A stretch of DNA of 14,080 nucleotides from the IMG/VR virus record IMGVR_UViG_2541047854_000001, positions 1 to 14,080 of that record. One strand, written 5' to 3'. Positions within the stretch are counted from its first letter, which is position 1. The number at the start of each line of letters is the position of its first letter. The DNA comes from a virus (Duplodnaviria; Heunggongvirae; Uroviricota; Caudoviricetes). The position numbers and the translations under genes are program-made. Shown in pieces: positions 1-7,062 of this stretch. The notes beneath the pieces are model-generated. The model was given only the letters and a program-made list of their open reading frames with translations, had not been told where the DNA came from and did no database searches.

Positions 1-201
1 TTACCCATTGGCGCGGCTTAAGAGCTTGTTTTTGAATTCACAATGGTCACGATATAACCATCTTGCGCGCCCGTGGATAACTTTGGCTTTTGGCAAGTCG
101 CCGGACTTAATCCGGTCATAGATGAAGGTTTTACCAAAGCCAGTATCAGCCATGATGAATTTCAAATCAACCAGTGAATCAGGCTGTAGTTCGTGTTGCA
201 T
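1..201 (-). CDS. torI: Prophage excisionase / recombination directionality factor TorI (AlpA/Xis-family winged-helix protein), 66 aa
   Basis: Complete 66-aa ORF, ATG at 201-199 and TAA at 3-1. The translation MQHELQPDSLVDLKFIMADTGFGKTFIYDRIKSG... matches my recollection of K-12 TorI in length and sequence. It sits at the int-distal end of the argW prophage as in K-12. Confidence 0.85.
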   Translation of the reverse strand: MQHELQPDSLVDLKFIMADTGFGKTFIYDRIKSGDLPKAKVIHGRARWLYRDHCEFKNKLLSRANG

Positions 202-220
202 GAGTGCTATCTCCGAATAG

Positions 221-236
221 GGAATCGAACCTGCAA
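221..236. repeat. 16-nt att core (ggaatcgaacctgcaa), exact copy of a segment inside argW at 13012..13027
   Basis: Exact 16/16 identity with the T-arm region of the tRNA at the other end of the element; both flanks diverge immediately. Direct repeat in the same orientation, about 12.8 kb apart. Confidence 0.7.
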
Positions 237-237
237 A

Positions 238-333
238 TCAGGCAATAAAAATACGCTCTATGACGGCGATGGTAGATCAGGATATTTTAAGAAACTGACA
301 GGCCTCATCGAGTGTGAGGCTGTATGGCTCCAT
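238..333 (-). pseudogene. ypdJ: Truncated AlpA/Xis-like excisionase remnant (ypdJ-like): MEPYSLTLDEACQFLKIS, in-frame TGA, frame ends at the att core
   Basis: ATG at 333-331 overlaps the yfdT stop (TAATG). The translation has an AlpA-type HTH N-terminus, is interrupted by TGA at 279-277, continues STIAVIERIFIA and ends at 240-238 just before the att core. Position matches the K-12 ypdJ excisionase fragment between yfdT and torI. Confidence 0.45.
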
Positions 334-638
334 TATTTCACCTCTTGCTGTGACATTGTTGAAAAATGGATATCAGCTCGTTGCTGCCAGACGATCCAAC
401 CGAGAGTCATATCCCATGCCATGTATTCGTTATCGCCGTTTTTTGCTCTCCGACGATCTACTAAGTCACCGAAACGCTTTTCCATGAATAATTCATAAGC
501 TTCGCGTTCATCTGGTTCTACTTCCAGAGATAGGAGTGCGATTTCATAAGCACGGCGCTCAATATCGTCTCGCACGTCAAGGCTGTTGATACGCTCTTTA
601 ATTTCTTTAATCAGTTCTTTGTCGGTAAAAGTGGTCAT
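333..638 (-). CDS. yfdT: CPS-53 prophage protein YfdT, uncharacterized, 101 aa
   Basis: 101-aa ORF with ATG start; the 1-nt stop/start overlap with yfdS (TAATG) suggests translational coupling. Length and gene order match K-12 yfdT. Confidence 0.75.
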   Translation of the reverse strand: MTTFTDKELIKEIKERINSLDVRDDIERRAYEIALLSLEVEPDEREAYELFMEKRFGDLVDRRRAKNGDNEYMAWDMTLGWIVWQQRADIHFSTMSQQEVK

Positions 639-1000
639 TATGCTCCAGCCTCCGGTGCTTTTGGCATTACTGCCCAGTGAGTGATATTGACGTTTTCAAG
701 GTCCCCGACCTGAAATGTCCACTGCCATTCTCCGGTTTCTTTTTGTCCCCAGGTGTACCAGAGAGAACGCCAGCCAATTAGCCAGCCTTCTCCGTTAGCA
801 TCGAATAACAAAACACTTTCATTTGCTGGTGGCAGTTCAGTTGACACTGGTATTACTTTGTTTTCCTGTGCTGCACATTTAGCTTCAAGCGCATCGAATT
901 TACGCACCAGGTATTCAGCATCTGTTTCATTTACTTTCAGATCTCGCGGTACACATCTCCCACGAAGAAACCCTTCCATTTCGAAAACATTCATGCGCAT
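638..1000 (-). CDS. yfdS: CPS-53 prophage protein YfdS, uncharacterized, 120 aa
   Basis: 120-aa ORF with ATG at 1000-998, overlapping the 3' end of yfdR by 10 nt. Length and order match K-12 yfdS. An alternative ATG at 994 overlaps the yfdR stop. Confidence 0.75.
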   Translation of the reverse strand: MRMNVFEMEGFLRGRCVPRDLKVNETDAEYLVRKFDALEAKCAAQENKVIPVSTELPPANESVLLFDANGEGWLIGWRSLWYTWGQKETGEWQWTFQVGDLENVNITHWAVMPKAPEAGA

Positions 1001-1527
1001 TTGCGTAACTCCGATAACTCGTTAAAGCGTTCCATAAACATCCCGTAGGCATGGCCCGGTGCCAGTGGAATCACGTTGAACATCTCTGTTGCCGGGATAC
1101 CTTCCAGTACAGGCCAGAAAGAGCCATCATCAAGCCCGAGATCGCGGCGTTCGGTTGCCAGCATGATGAGATCGGCATATTTCACGGGCGTACTCATAAC
1201 TGGGGGTAACCCGTATTTCTCACGGATTACGGCGTCTATTTTTTCTTCCATTTGTTTATAGTCAGGAAGAAGGCGTTTCAGTGGTGCGGGAATGTCCTGG
1301 CAATACGCTTCTGTTGCATCATGCATTAACGCTTCAAAAGCAAATTCCTGCGGCACCAGCTGGCTGCAAAGAACCGCATGTTGGGCGACGCTGTAGAAGT
1401 GCGAAAGATGACCGGCAAAGCGACAGATATTTGAAAGGGAAACCGCGATATCGTTAATATCGATGTCGTCTTTATTTATCCTGTCATAATAAAAATGCTT
1501 CCCGGAAAAAGTTTTAATAAATGACAT
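991..1527 (-). CDS. yfdR: HD-domain phosphohydrolase (5'-deoxynucleotidase-like) YfdR, 178 aa
   Basis: ATG at 1527-1525 gives 178 aa starting MSFIKTFSGKHFYYDR, preceded by GGGGAA. The track ORF begins 9 codons upstream at a GTG. An H...HD metal-binding signature (SVAQHAV ... LMHDATE) is visible. Length matches K-12 YfdR. Confidence 0.8.
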   Translation of the reverse strand: MSFIKTFSGKHFYYDRINKDDIDINDIAVSLSNICRFAGHLSHFYSVAQHAVLCSQLVPQEFAFEALMHDATEAYCQDIPAPLKRLLPDYKQMEEKIDAVIREKYGLPPVMSTPVKYADLIMLATERRDLGLDDGSFWPVLEGIPATEMFNVIPLAPGHAYGMFMERFNELSELRKCA

Positions 1528-1620
1528 TTTGTTCCCCACGTATATGCGCTGCACCGCGCTGAATTCTGGTAAAAAGAATCCCTCACCATCCGGCGATTAT
1601 TGAGTAAATTACGTTTCCAT

Positions 1621-1642
1621 AAATGCCCCCGCAGGGGCATTT
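1621..1642. other. Intergenic stem-loop between yfdQ and yfdR (9-bp perfect stem aaatgcccc / ggggcattt, 4-nt loop), no U-tract
   Basis: Perfect inverted repeat read directly from the sequence. With no following T-run it looks more like a processing or attenuation hairpin than a strong terminator. Confidence 0.3.
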
Positions 1643-1654
1643 GCAGTAATGAAA

Positions 1655-2479
1655 TCAGGCGGTGAAAGTACCAATAAAGGTTTCTACTTTGCTGTCCTTG
1701 AATTTCTCAACAAGCAGATCACGAAATTCGTTAGCCATTTCTTCCTGCACCGCCTCCAGCTGAATAATGCGCAGAACCAGTACAGGACGATCGCCAGTGA
1801 TAATACTGAGGCGTAATTTAAACGGACGTTCTTTCAGACCTTCAAACGGAACGCATTTAAATTCAAATGCCACTGGCATAATGTCTTTGGTCTTCGCTTC
1901 GACAGACTCCATCAGGGAGCGTTTGCCGCTGAAGTCATTATCTTCAAAATCAGCGGTCTGGTTTGCTTCAATCGTGATTTTACGGACAGCCGCAGCCGCT
2001 TTTGTTGCCTGAATAGCGTCACCATTAGCATCAAAGCCCACAAGATAGTCTGCCCAGTCTTCAATCCATTCTGCTAGTGACTTCTGGGAGTTACGCTCGC
2101 CGTTAATAGACAACAGAGCAGAGAACGGTGCTGTCTTTTTCAGTTTGAGTGTGGCGGTGTTATCTGCGTGACCTGGTTCATCAATAGTACCCAGGTTAAG
2201 CACACTGACGGCTCGCATATTATCGGCATCGATAAAGCAGCGGGTGCCTTCATCTGCAAGATCTTTAGAATAACGGGTAAAGTCATCGATGCTGGCAGTG
2301 GAAAGCGCACCACGGAAACGGAAGCGATTTAAATTAAATTTTTCCAGATCATGAATGCGGAAATTCTCAGGCAATGCCACAGCATCGGCACCAATCTTAC
2401 TGATAATTTCATTAACACCCTGAGCAGAAATAAGGGCATGGATTTGATTAATTGCGGTTGCGTCTAAGTTCTGAGACAT
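1655..2479 (-). CDS. yfdQ: DUF2303-family prophage protein YfdQ, 274 aa
   Basis: 274-aa ORF with ATG at 2479 and a GAGGA Shine-Dalgarno about 7 nt upstream. Length, order and the sequence as I recall it match K-12 YfdQ. Confidence 0.85.
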   Translation of the reverse strand: MSQNLDATAINQIHALISAQGVNEIISKIGADAVALPENFRIHDLEKFNLNRFRFRGALSTASIDDFTRYSKDLADEGTRCFIDADNMRAVSVLNLGTIDEPGHADNTATLKLKKTAPFSALLSINGERNSQKSLAEWIEDWADYLVGFDANGDAIQATKAAAAVRKITIEANQTADFEDNDFSGKRSLMESVEAKTKDIMPVAFEFKCVPFEGLKERPFKLRLSIITGDRPVLVLRIIQLEAVQEEMANEFRDLLVEKFKDSKVETFIGTFTA

Positions 2480-2544
2480 AATAAGTCCTCACTATATAAA
2501 GATATTCAGTGATGAGATAAATAATCGGTTAATTAAGAACGATA

Positions 2545-2907
2545 TTAATGACCTGCTGCGCGGAGTTTTCCGTCAGGTTCACCGGCAAGAGTCAGTAATT
2601 GTCCCTGGTCTTCCTGCAGACTAGTCAGGCGACCACCGCGATTGACATACATTGGCGTTTCGGTGGTGTCTTCTTCGGAAATTTTCCCGCGGTTAGTCGG
2701 GCGAACATATGAGAGTTTGTGTTTGATTTTCACACGGTTCTCATCAAATGGTTCGATTTCCAGGTTGAGTGAGACCTTACCTTTGGTTTTCGTGTTCATC
2801 ACACCGGAAGCGACTTCACTGAGAACTGCGCCGATTTTGGTTTCAAATACGCCGCCGTCCAGCTCCCCAATAAATGCCTGCACATCAGTACTGCGTTCGC
2901 TAGCCAT
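2545..2907 (-). CDS. yfdP: CPS-53 prophage protein YfdP, uncharacterized, 120 aa
   Basis: Internal ATG at 2907-2905 with a strong AGGAG SD (taggagcagaaaaATG) gives 120 aa starting MASERSTDVQ. The track's 226-aa version runs upstream through the GC-rich structured block and is probably an artefact. Confidence 0.75.
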   Translation of the reverse strand: MASERSTDVQAFIGELDGGVFETKIGAVLSEVASGVMNTKTKGKVSLNLEIEPFDENRVKIKHKLSYVRPTNRGKISEEDTTETPMYVNRGGRLTSLQEDQGQLLTLAGEPDGKLRAAGH

Positions 2908-2924
2908 TTTTCTGCTCCTAATCA

Positions 2925-3300
2925 TATCGACCCTGCAAGGTCGGTTGGTTTCTCCACAAAACAGAGAAGAACACCTGCGGTGGCAGCCGCCCGGATGGAT
3001 TGGGTTATGAGCCCGTCGTCCGGTGATGTTCTTCTCTGTTTTGTAAAAAGAGCGGTACCAGCCGGAAGCAAGTGTACAAACTGGTACCGCGAGGACTACA
3101 CACAGCATAAAGTTGTGGTGCCGGGTGCCTCCCGGTGCCTGGCGAAGGTTGCACACCAGGCGGGTGGGTATCCACAGAAGGTCGACTGTCAGCCTCAACC
3201 TTAACCCGCGTGCGCTGAGCCGCATTCACCACAACGCTAAGGATTCTCTCTGGTTGAAAATACTTAGCTGTTATGTGCCTGTCTTTTCACCACTTCAGGC
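2925..3300. other. GC-rich structured noncoding block: candidate ncRNA or cis-acting RNA/DNA element
   Basis: No credible ORF; only overlapping Pro/Arg/Gly-rich ORFs on both strands. Perfect inverted repeats: 18 bp (2956-2973 with 3027-3044, plus 2 bp after a 3-nt bulge), 10 bp (3052-3061 with 3081-3090), 9 bp long-range (3112-3120 with 3227-3235) enclosing three local hairpins. Confidence 0.3.
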
Positions 3301-3345
3301 TCGGTGGTATCTTGGTGTTTTCATATAGCCAAGAAGGAAATAGTT

Positions 3346-3537
3346 ATGACCAAAGAAGAAAAAATTCTTTATTTATTCCAACTATCGGTTAAGACTCACA
3401 CTGCATATCAGACTGCTGCCATGACATCAGATAAAAATTACAGTACGTCAGAAAACCCGATAGACGACATAAGCAAGCTTTACGATAAGTTCGAAGCACT
3501 ACTCGATAAAAAGTTTGCTGAGGCTGGGCTTGAGTGA
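3346..3537 (+). CDS. Hypothetical small protein, 63 aa (MTKEEKILYLFQLSVKTHTAYQ...)
   Basis: ATG at 3346 preceded by AAGGAAA with 5-nt spacing; hydrophilic, no recognisable motif. The track ORF starts 14 codons upstream at a weaker site. Confidence 0.4.
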   Translation: MTKEEKILYLFQLSVKTHTAYQTAAMTSDKNYSTSENPIDDISKLYDKFEALLDKKFAEAGLE

Positions 3538-3705
3538 TTGTTGAATAATCGACAAAACCCAACTTAAATTTTCGTCAGTGGGCTCGATGCCATGTGCGGT
3601 GAGCTCACTTTTCAAAACTCCAAGCAATTCAGAGCTGATTTTCAATATATCTGCTTGATTTCTAACTATTCCCACTTTTTCCTCCCTTGGTCTACGCGCG
3701 GTCAT
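3499..3705 (-). CDS. Hypothetical small protein, 68 aa (or 58 aa from the internal GTG); Arg-rich N-terminus
   Basis: ATG at 3705; inside the ORF, AGGGAGG followed by AAAAA and GTG gives a better initiation site at codon 11. Its 3' end overlaps the convergent 63-aa ORF by 39 nt. First gene left of the repressor/OL region. Confidence 0.3.
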   Translation of the reverse strand: MTARRPREEKVGIVRNQADILKISSELLGVLKSELTAHGIEPTDENLSWVLSIIQQSLKPSLSKLFIE

Positions 3706-3889
3706 GTTTTACGCCCAAACGACTTCACAGTTATTGTTTAAAATCTGGACTTTCATTTCATACACCTGCTTTAACATGAGTGCCTGGTGGCACAACATGA
3801 CTCAACGAATCATCCTGGACTTCATATGCCCCAGGCGGCTACTTCGTGGGCGTCCTGCCTGTTCGTTATCTTTGATACAAAATCTAACT

Positions 3890-3962
3890 TAACTTAGTTA
3901 TTATAGCAAGAGAAAACACCAAACTTTTCTTAGTTCGGTGCCTTAGTTAGAGAAGAGAGGTC
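3890..3962 (-). promoter_or_regulatory. Putative OL/PL-like region: three CTTAGTT half-site repeats and an extended -10 like element downstream of the repressor gene
   Basis: CTTAGTT at 3893-3899, 3929-3935 and 3942-3948, the same motif as in the cI/cro intergenic region. On the minus strand TGcTATAAA lies around 3897-3906. Confidence 0.35.
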
Positions 3963-4589
3963 TTAGAGTTCGTATTGAACTCCTTTGACTACACCAATGA
4001 TAAGGCAATTACCATTGATAGGGATGTTGGGATACCGAGGATTTAATGGCACTAAAAACTTTTGAGGGCCATCGATGACTAATTTTTTTACTGTAGCTTC
4101 GTTTGTTCCATCAAGTCGAGCGATGACTATTTTTCCATGACGAGGTTCTGCATCTGGATCTACAATCACTGTTGCGCCTTCTGGTATTGTTGGGAGGCCA
4201 TTAGGGTTAGTCATGGAGTCACCTTTAACCTCTAATGCAAATGAGTTATCACCAATCTTTAATGATGTATCTACCCACTTGTCCACTTCACTAAACACTT
4301 CTGCTGCCCTGCACTCAGTAAACTGCCCAGCCTGAACCCACGATATTACAGGAACTCTGCGCATGTTTGTGACGAGTTTGCCTTCAAACTCAGCACCATA
4401 AAGAATGTAATCTATTGACGTATTGAAGAACTTCGCTAATTTCGAAAGTGCCTCCCCACCAGGGGTATTGATGTCTTTCTCCCAGTACCCCACAGCAACG
4501 TCGCTTACTCCACAAAATTTACCCAATTCTTTCTGGGACGTTCCGGTAACTCTTCTCAGAGCTTTTATACGCTGACCAACCGTTTCCAT
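3963..4589 (-). CDS. Phage CI-like repressor: XRE-type HTH N-domain plus LexA/S24 peptidase C-domain, 208 aa
   Basis: N-terminal HTH (QKELGKFCGVSDVAVGYWEKD), Ala-Gly candidate cleavage site (VQAGQF), catalytic GDSM serine motif and a downstream Lys (VKKL). Divergent from a Cro-like gene. Confidence 0.85.
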   Translation of the reverse strand: METVGQRIKALRRVTGTSQKELGKFCGVSDVAVGYWEKDINTPGGEALSKLAKFFNTSIDYILYGAEFEGKLVTNMRRVPVISWVQAGQFTECRAAEVFSEVDKWVDTSLKIGDNSFALEVKGDSMTNPNGLPTIPEGATVIVDPDAEPRHGKIVIARLDGTNEATVKKLVIDGPQKFLVPLNPRYPNIPINGNCLIIGVVKGVQYEL

Positions 4590-4686
4590 AGGAGCACCAT
4601 TTCTTGAATTGCTAAGTAATCTTAGTTTTTATTGACCAAAGATAGATTTGTAATTAGCATCTAATAAAACTTAGTTTGGAGGGCGT
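4590..4686. promoter_or_regulatory. Divergent cI/cro operator-promoter region (OR-like)
   Basis: Inverted repeat CTAAG-taat-CTTAG at 4612-4625, CTTAGTT at 4621-4627 and CTTAG at 4670-4674. Candidate rightward promoter: -35 TTGACC at 4632-4637, 17-bp spacer, -10 TAGCAT at 4655-4660; GGAGGG SD at 4678-4683 before the cro ATG at 4687. Confidence 0.5.
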
Positions 4687-4887
4687 ATGACAACTGACGA
4701 TATCGAAAGCTACTTCGGCAGTATTGAGAAAGTTGCTGCTTTTTTCGGCATAACAACTGAAGCCGTTTATCAGTGGCGAAACCGTCCGGGCCAGTTAATT
4801 CCAAAAGGACGTGCAGCAGAAGCTGCATATAGAACTTGCGGACGGTTGCCATTTAAACCTGAGCTTTATGAAAAATCTAATGGATAA
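4687..4887 (+). CDS. Cro-like / YdaS-family small HTH regulator, 66 aa
   Basis: ATG at 4687 with GGAGGG SD; HTH-like segment IEKVAAFFGITTEAVYQWRN. Divergent from the cI-like repressor. Confidence 0.75.
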   Translation: MTTDDIESYFGSIEKVAAFFGITTEAVYQWRNRPGQLIPKGRAAEAAYRTCGRLPFKPELYEKSNG

Positions 4888-5476
4888 ATCGATTAACAGA
4901 AACCACAGAACGATGAGGCTAACCGTGGGTAAGCATCACTGGAAAGTAGAAAAACAGCCTGAGTGGTACGTGAAAGCTGTCAGAAAAACTATCGCAGCGT
5001 TGCCGGGTGGTTACGCTGAAGCAGCTGACTGGCTGGATGTAACAGAAAACGCATTATTTAACCGTCTTCGTGCCGATGGCGATCAGATTTTCCCGCTGGG
5101 ATGGGCAATGATTTTGCAACGTGCTGGTGGAACTCACTTCATTGCTGACGCTGTGGCGCAGTCTGCAAATGGCGTCTTTGTGTCTCTTCCTGACGTCGAG
5201 GATGTGGACAACGCCGATATTAACCAGCGCCTGCTGGAAGTCATTGAACAGATTGGCAGTTATTCCAGACAGATTCGTTCGGCAATCGAAGACGGTGTGG
5301 TGGAACCGCATGAGAAGACAGCAATTAACGACGAGCTGTATCTCTCAATTTCGAAGCTGCAGGAGCATGCAGCACTGGTCTACAAAATCTTTTGCATTTC
5401 AGAAAGTAATGACGCCCGCGAGTGTGCAGCTCCGGGCGCCGTGGCGTGTCGTGACTGTGGAGAAACTAACGCATGA
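4868..5476 (+). CDS. Putative CII/YdaT-like early regulator, possibly chimeric at its C-terminus; start uncertain
   Basis: Immediately follows and overlaps cro in another frame. In-frame starts: GTG 4811 (track), ATG 4868, ATG 4880, and GTG 4925 with a GAGG SD. The Cys-rich C-terminus overlaps the next gene. Product assignment is by position after a YdaS-like Cro. Confidence 0.45.
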   Translation: MKNLMDKSINRNHRTMRLTVGKHHWKVEKQPEWYVKAVRKTIAALPGGYAEAADWLDVTENALFNRLRADGDQIFPLGWAMILQRAGGTHFIADAVAQSANGVFVSLPDVEDVDNADINQRLLEVIEQIGSYSRQIRSAIEDGVVEPHEKTAINDELYLSISKLQEHAALVYKIFCISESNDARECAAPGAVACRDCGETNA

Positions 5477-6044
5477 ACAGTTTAACAACACACTATCGGC
5501 ACTGTTGCCGCCCGGTCCTGCATGGTCAGCCAGCGATCCGGCGATTGCCGGTGCGGCACCTTCATTAACCCGCGTTCATCAGCGTGCGGATGCCCTGATG
5601 CGGGAGCTGGATCCGCGCACCACCACTGAACTGATAAACCGCTGGGAGCGTCTGTGCGGTCTGCCGGATGAATGTATTCCCGCAGGGACACAGACCCTTC
5701 GCCAGCGTCAGCAACGGCTGGATGCGAAGGTTAATCTGGCGGGCGGCATCAATGAGGATTTTTACCTTGCACAGCTTGCTGCCCTGGGCAGACCAGACGC
5801 CACTATCACGCGATACGATAAAAGCACGTTCACCTGCTCATCGGCCTGTACTGACGCGGTGAATGCGCCGGAATGGCGGTATTACTGGCAGATCAACATG
5901 CCAGCCGCCACCAACACCACCTGGATGACATGTGGCGATCCCTGTGATTCCGCGCTGCGTATCTGGGGTGACACCGTTGTCGAGTGTGTGCTTAACAAAC
6001 TCTGCCCGTCGCATACCTACGTAATTTTTAAATATCCGGAGTAA
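5457..6044 (+). CDS. Phage tail protein, Mu gp48 / YmfQ-like (DUF2313 family); start uncertain (GTG 5457, GTG 5451 or ATG 5409)
   Basis: N-terminal [11 protein letters not shown]-type motif and a C-terminal Cys cluster (CGDPCDSAL); sits directly upstream of the tail fiber gene as in Mu-like and e14-like tail modules. The first 96 codons of the track ORF overlap the preceding gene. Confidence 0.6.
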   Translation: MEKLTHEQFNNTLSALLPPGPAWSASDPAIAGAAPSLTRVHQRADALMRELDPRTTTELINRWERLCGLPDECIPAGTQTLRQRQQRLDAKVNLAGGINEDFYLAQLAALGRPDATITRYDKSTFTCSSACTDAVNAPEWRYYWQINMPAATNTTWMTCGDPCDSALRIWGDTVVECVLNKLCPSHTYVIFKYPE

Positions 6045-6047
6045 TCC

Positions 6048-7061
6048 ATGCATCGTATAGACACGAAAACCGCGCAGAAGGATAAGTTCGGCGCGGGTAA
6101 GAACGGTTTTACCCGTGGTAACCCCCAGACTGGCACGCCTGCCACCGATCTGGATGATGACTACTTTGACATGTTGCAGGAAGAACTTTGTAGCGTTGTT
6201 GAGGCATCCGGTGCCAGTCTGGAGAAGGCGCGGCACGACCAGCTGCTTACCGCGCTTCGTGCGCTGCTGTTAAGCCGCAAGAATCCGTTTGGTGATATCA
6301 AATCGGATGGCACGGTGAAAACGGCTCTCGAAAACCTTGGTTTATCAGACGTTTTACATAAGGGAAATTTTGGTGTCGGGAGTAGGCTGCAAGGTAGTGC
6401 AGCCGGGAATAGCCATGTCGGTGGATTCATGTATGAACCATATCAGGCGAACAATCTTTACCCGCTAAGTGTGGCTTTAATGCAGGCAGCAGGCCCGACA
6501 TCGACAGAATGGGCGCAGCTGGCTGTTTCATATGGTGGGGCATTCAGAGCTTTCCTTGGGCGACAGACTTATAATGGAAATCCTGAAATCAGTGAGTTGT
6601 ACCATGACCAGCGTAAGCCGTCTGCGTCGGATGTTGGTGCCCAACCTCTGAATGCAACTCTCACCACTCTTAGTGGAAAAGATGCGGCAGGATTAAGGAG
6701 CGTCCTAGGGCTTGGAACAACAGCCACAAGAAACGTAGGTACGGGAGCGTCACAAATACCTGATATGAGTTCGTTTTTAAGCGGATCTACAGCATCAGCT
6801 TTTTGGTACAAACTTCCTGGTGGCATGGTGGTGATGGGGGGTAATGCATCTGGAATCGCCTCTGGAACTGCAGGTAATGAGGTCTTCTTCCCAATACCAT
6901 TCCCAAATGCTTGCTCAAGCGTTGTCGTGACATTAGTCAGCAACGGGTTATATGCCGACACAGTCTCGTTTAATACATATATCCCTGGAACTGACCGTTT
7001 TAACATTTATACGAATACAAGCGGCACGTATACTATTTACTACATGGCTTTTGGGAGTTGA
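6048..7061 (+). CDS. Phage side tail fiber protein, 337 aa
   Basis: ATG at 6048 with GGAG SD 6 nt upstream. N-terminus [47 protein letters not shown] is the conserved tail-fiber N-terminal domain; Gly/Ser/Thr-rich distal part. Confidence 0.8.
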   Translation: MHRIDTKTAQKDKFGAGKNGFTRGNPQTGTPATDLDDDYFDMLQEELCSVVEASGASLEKARHDQLLTALRALLLSRKNPFGDIKSDGTVKTALENLGLSDVLHKGNFGVGSRLQGSAAGNSHVGGFMYEPYQANNLYPLSVALMQAAGPTSTEWAQLAVSYGGAFRAFLGRQTYNGNPEISELYHDQRKPSASDVGAQPLNATLTTLSGKDAAGLRSVLGLGTTATRNVGTGASQIPDMSSFLSGSTASAFWYKLPGGMVVMGGNASGIASGTAGNEVFFPIPFPNACSSVVVTLVSNGLYADTVSFNTYIPGTDRFNIYTNTSGTYTIYYMAFGS

Positions 7062-7062
7062 T

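Noticed and set aside
193-498. 101-aa plus-strand ORF overlapping yfdT and the xis remnant
   Set aside because: It is antisense to a well-supported minus-strand operon, has no SD and no recognisable motifs, and spans the att core; a shadow ORF.
753-2012. Antisense or embedded ORFs 753..1025, 1076..1261 and 1767..2012 within yfdS, yfdR and yfdQ
   Set aside because: Shadow ORFs in or opposite a tightly coupled minus-strand operon; low-complexity translations.
2908-3225. Upstream extension of yfdP to 226 aa, and overlapping ORFs 2642..3010, 2980..3204, 3005..3232, 3113..3328
   Set aside because: The extension adds a Pro/Arg/Gly-rich low-complexity segment across the GC-rich block, and several frames on both strands are open there, which is typical of GC-rich noncoding DNA. 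The internal ATG at 2907 has a strong SD and gives the expected 120 aa.
2925-3345. Retron (msr/msd) or miniature inverted-repeat element interpretation of the structured block
   Set aside because: There is no reverse transcriptase or transposase gene in the window, and no target-site duplication flanks the 18-bp inverted repeat; retained only as an unclassified structured element.
4661-4852. 63-aa minus-strand ORF antisense to cro, and the plus-strand ORF 3704..3892
   Set aside because: The first is antisense to the cro gene and its SD; the second spans the putative OL/leader region without an RBS.
4811-4867. GTG start at 4811 for the CII-like gene
   Set aside because: It would overlap cro by 77 nt and the AAGGA upstream is only about 2 nt from the codon; downstream in-frame starts are more plausible, though none is certain.
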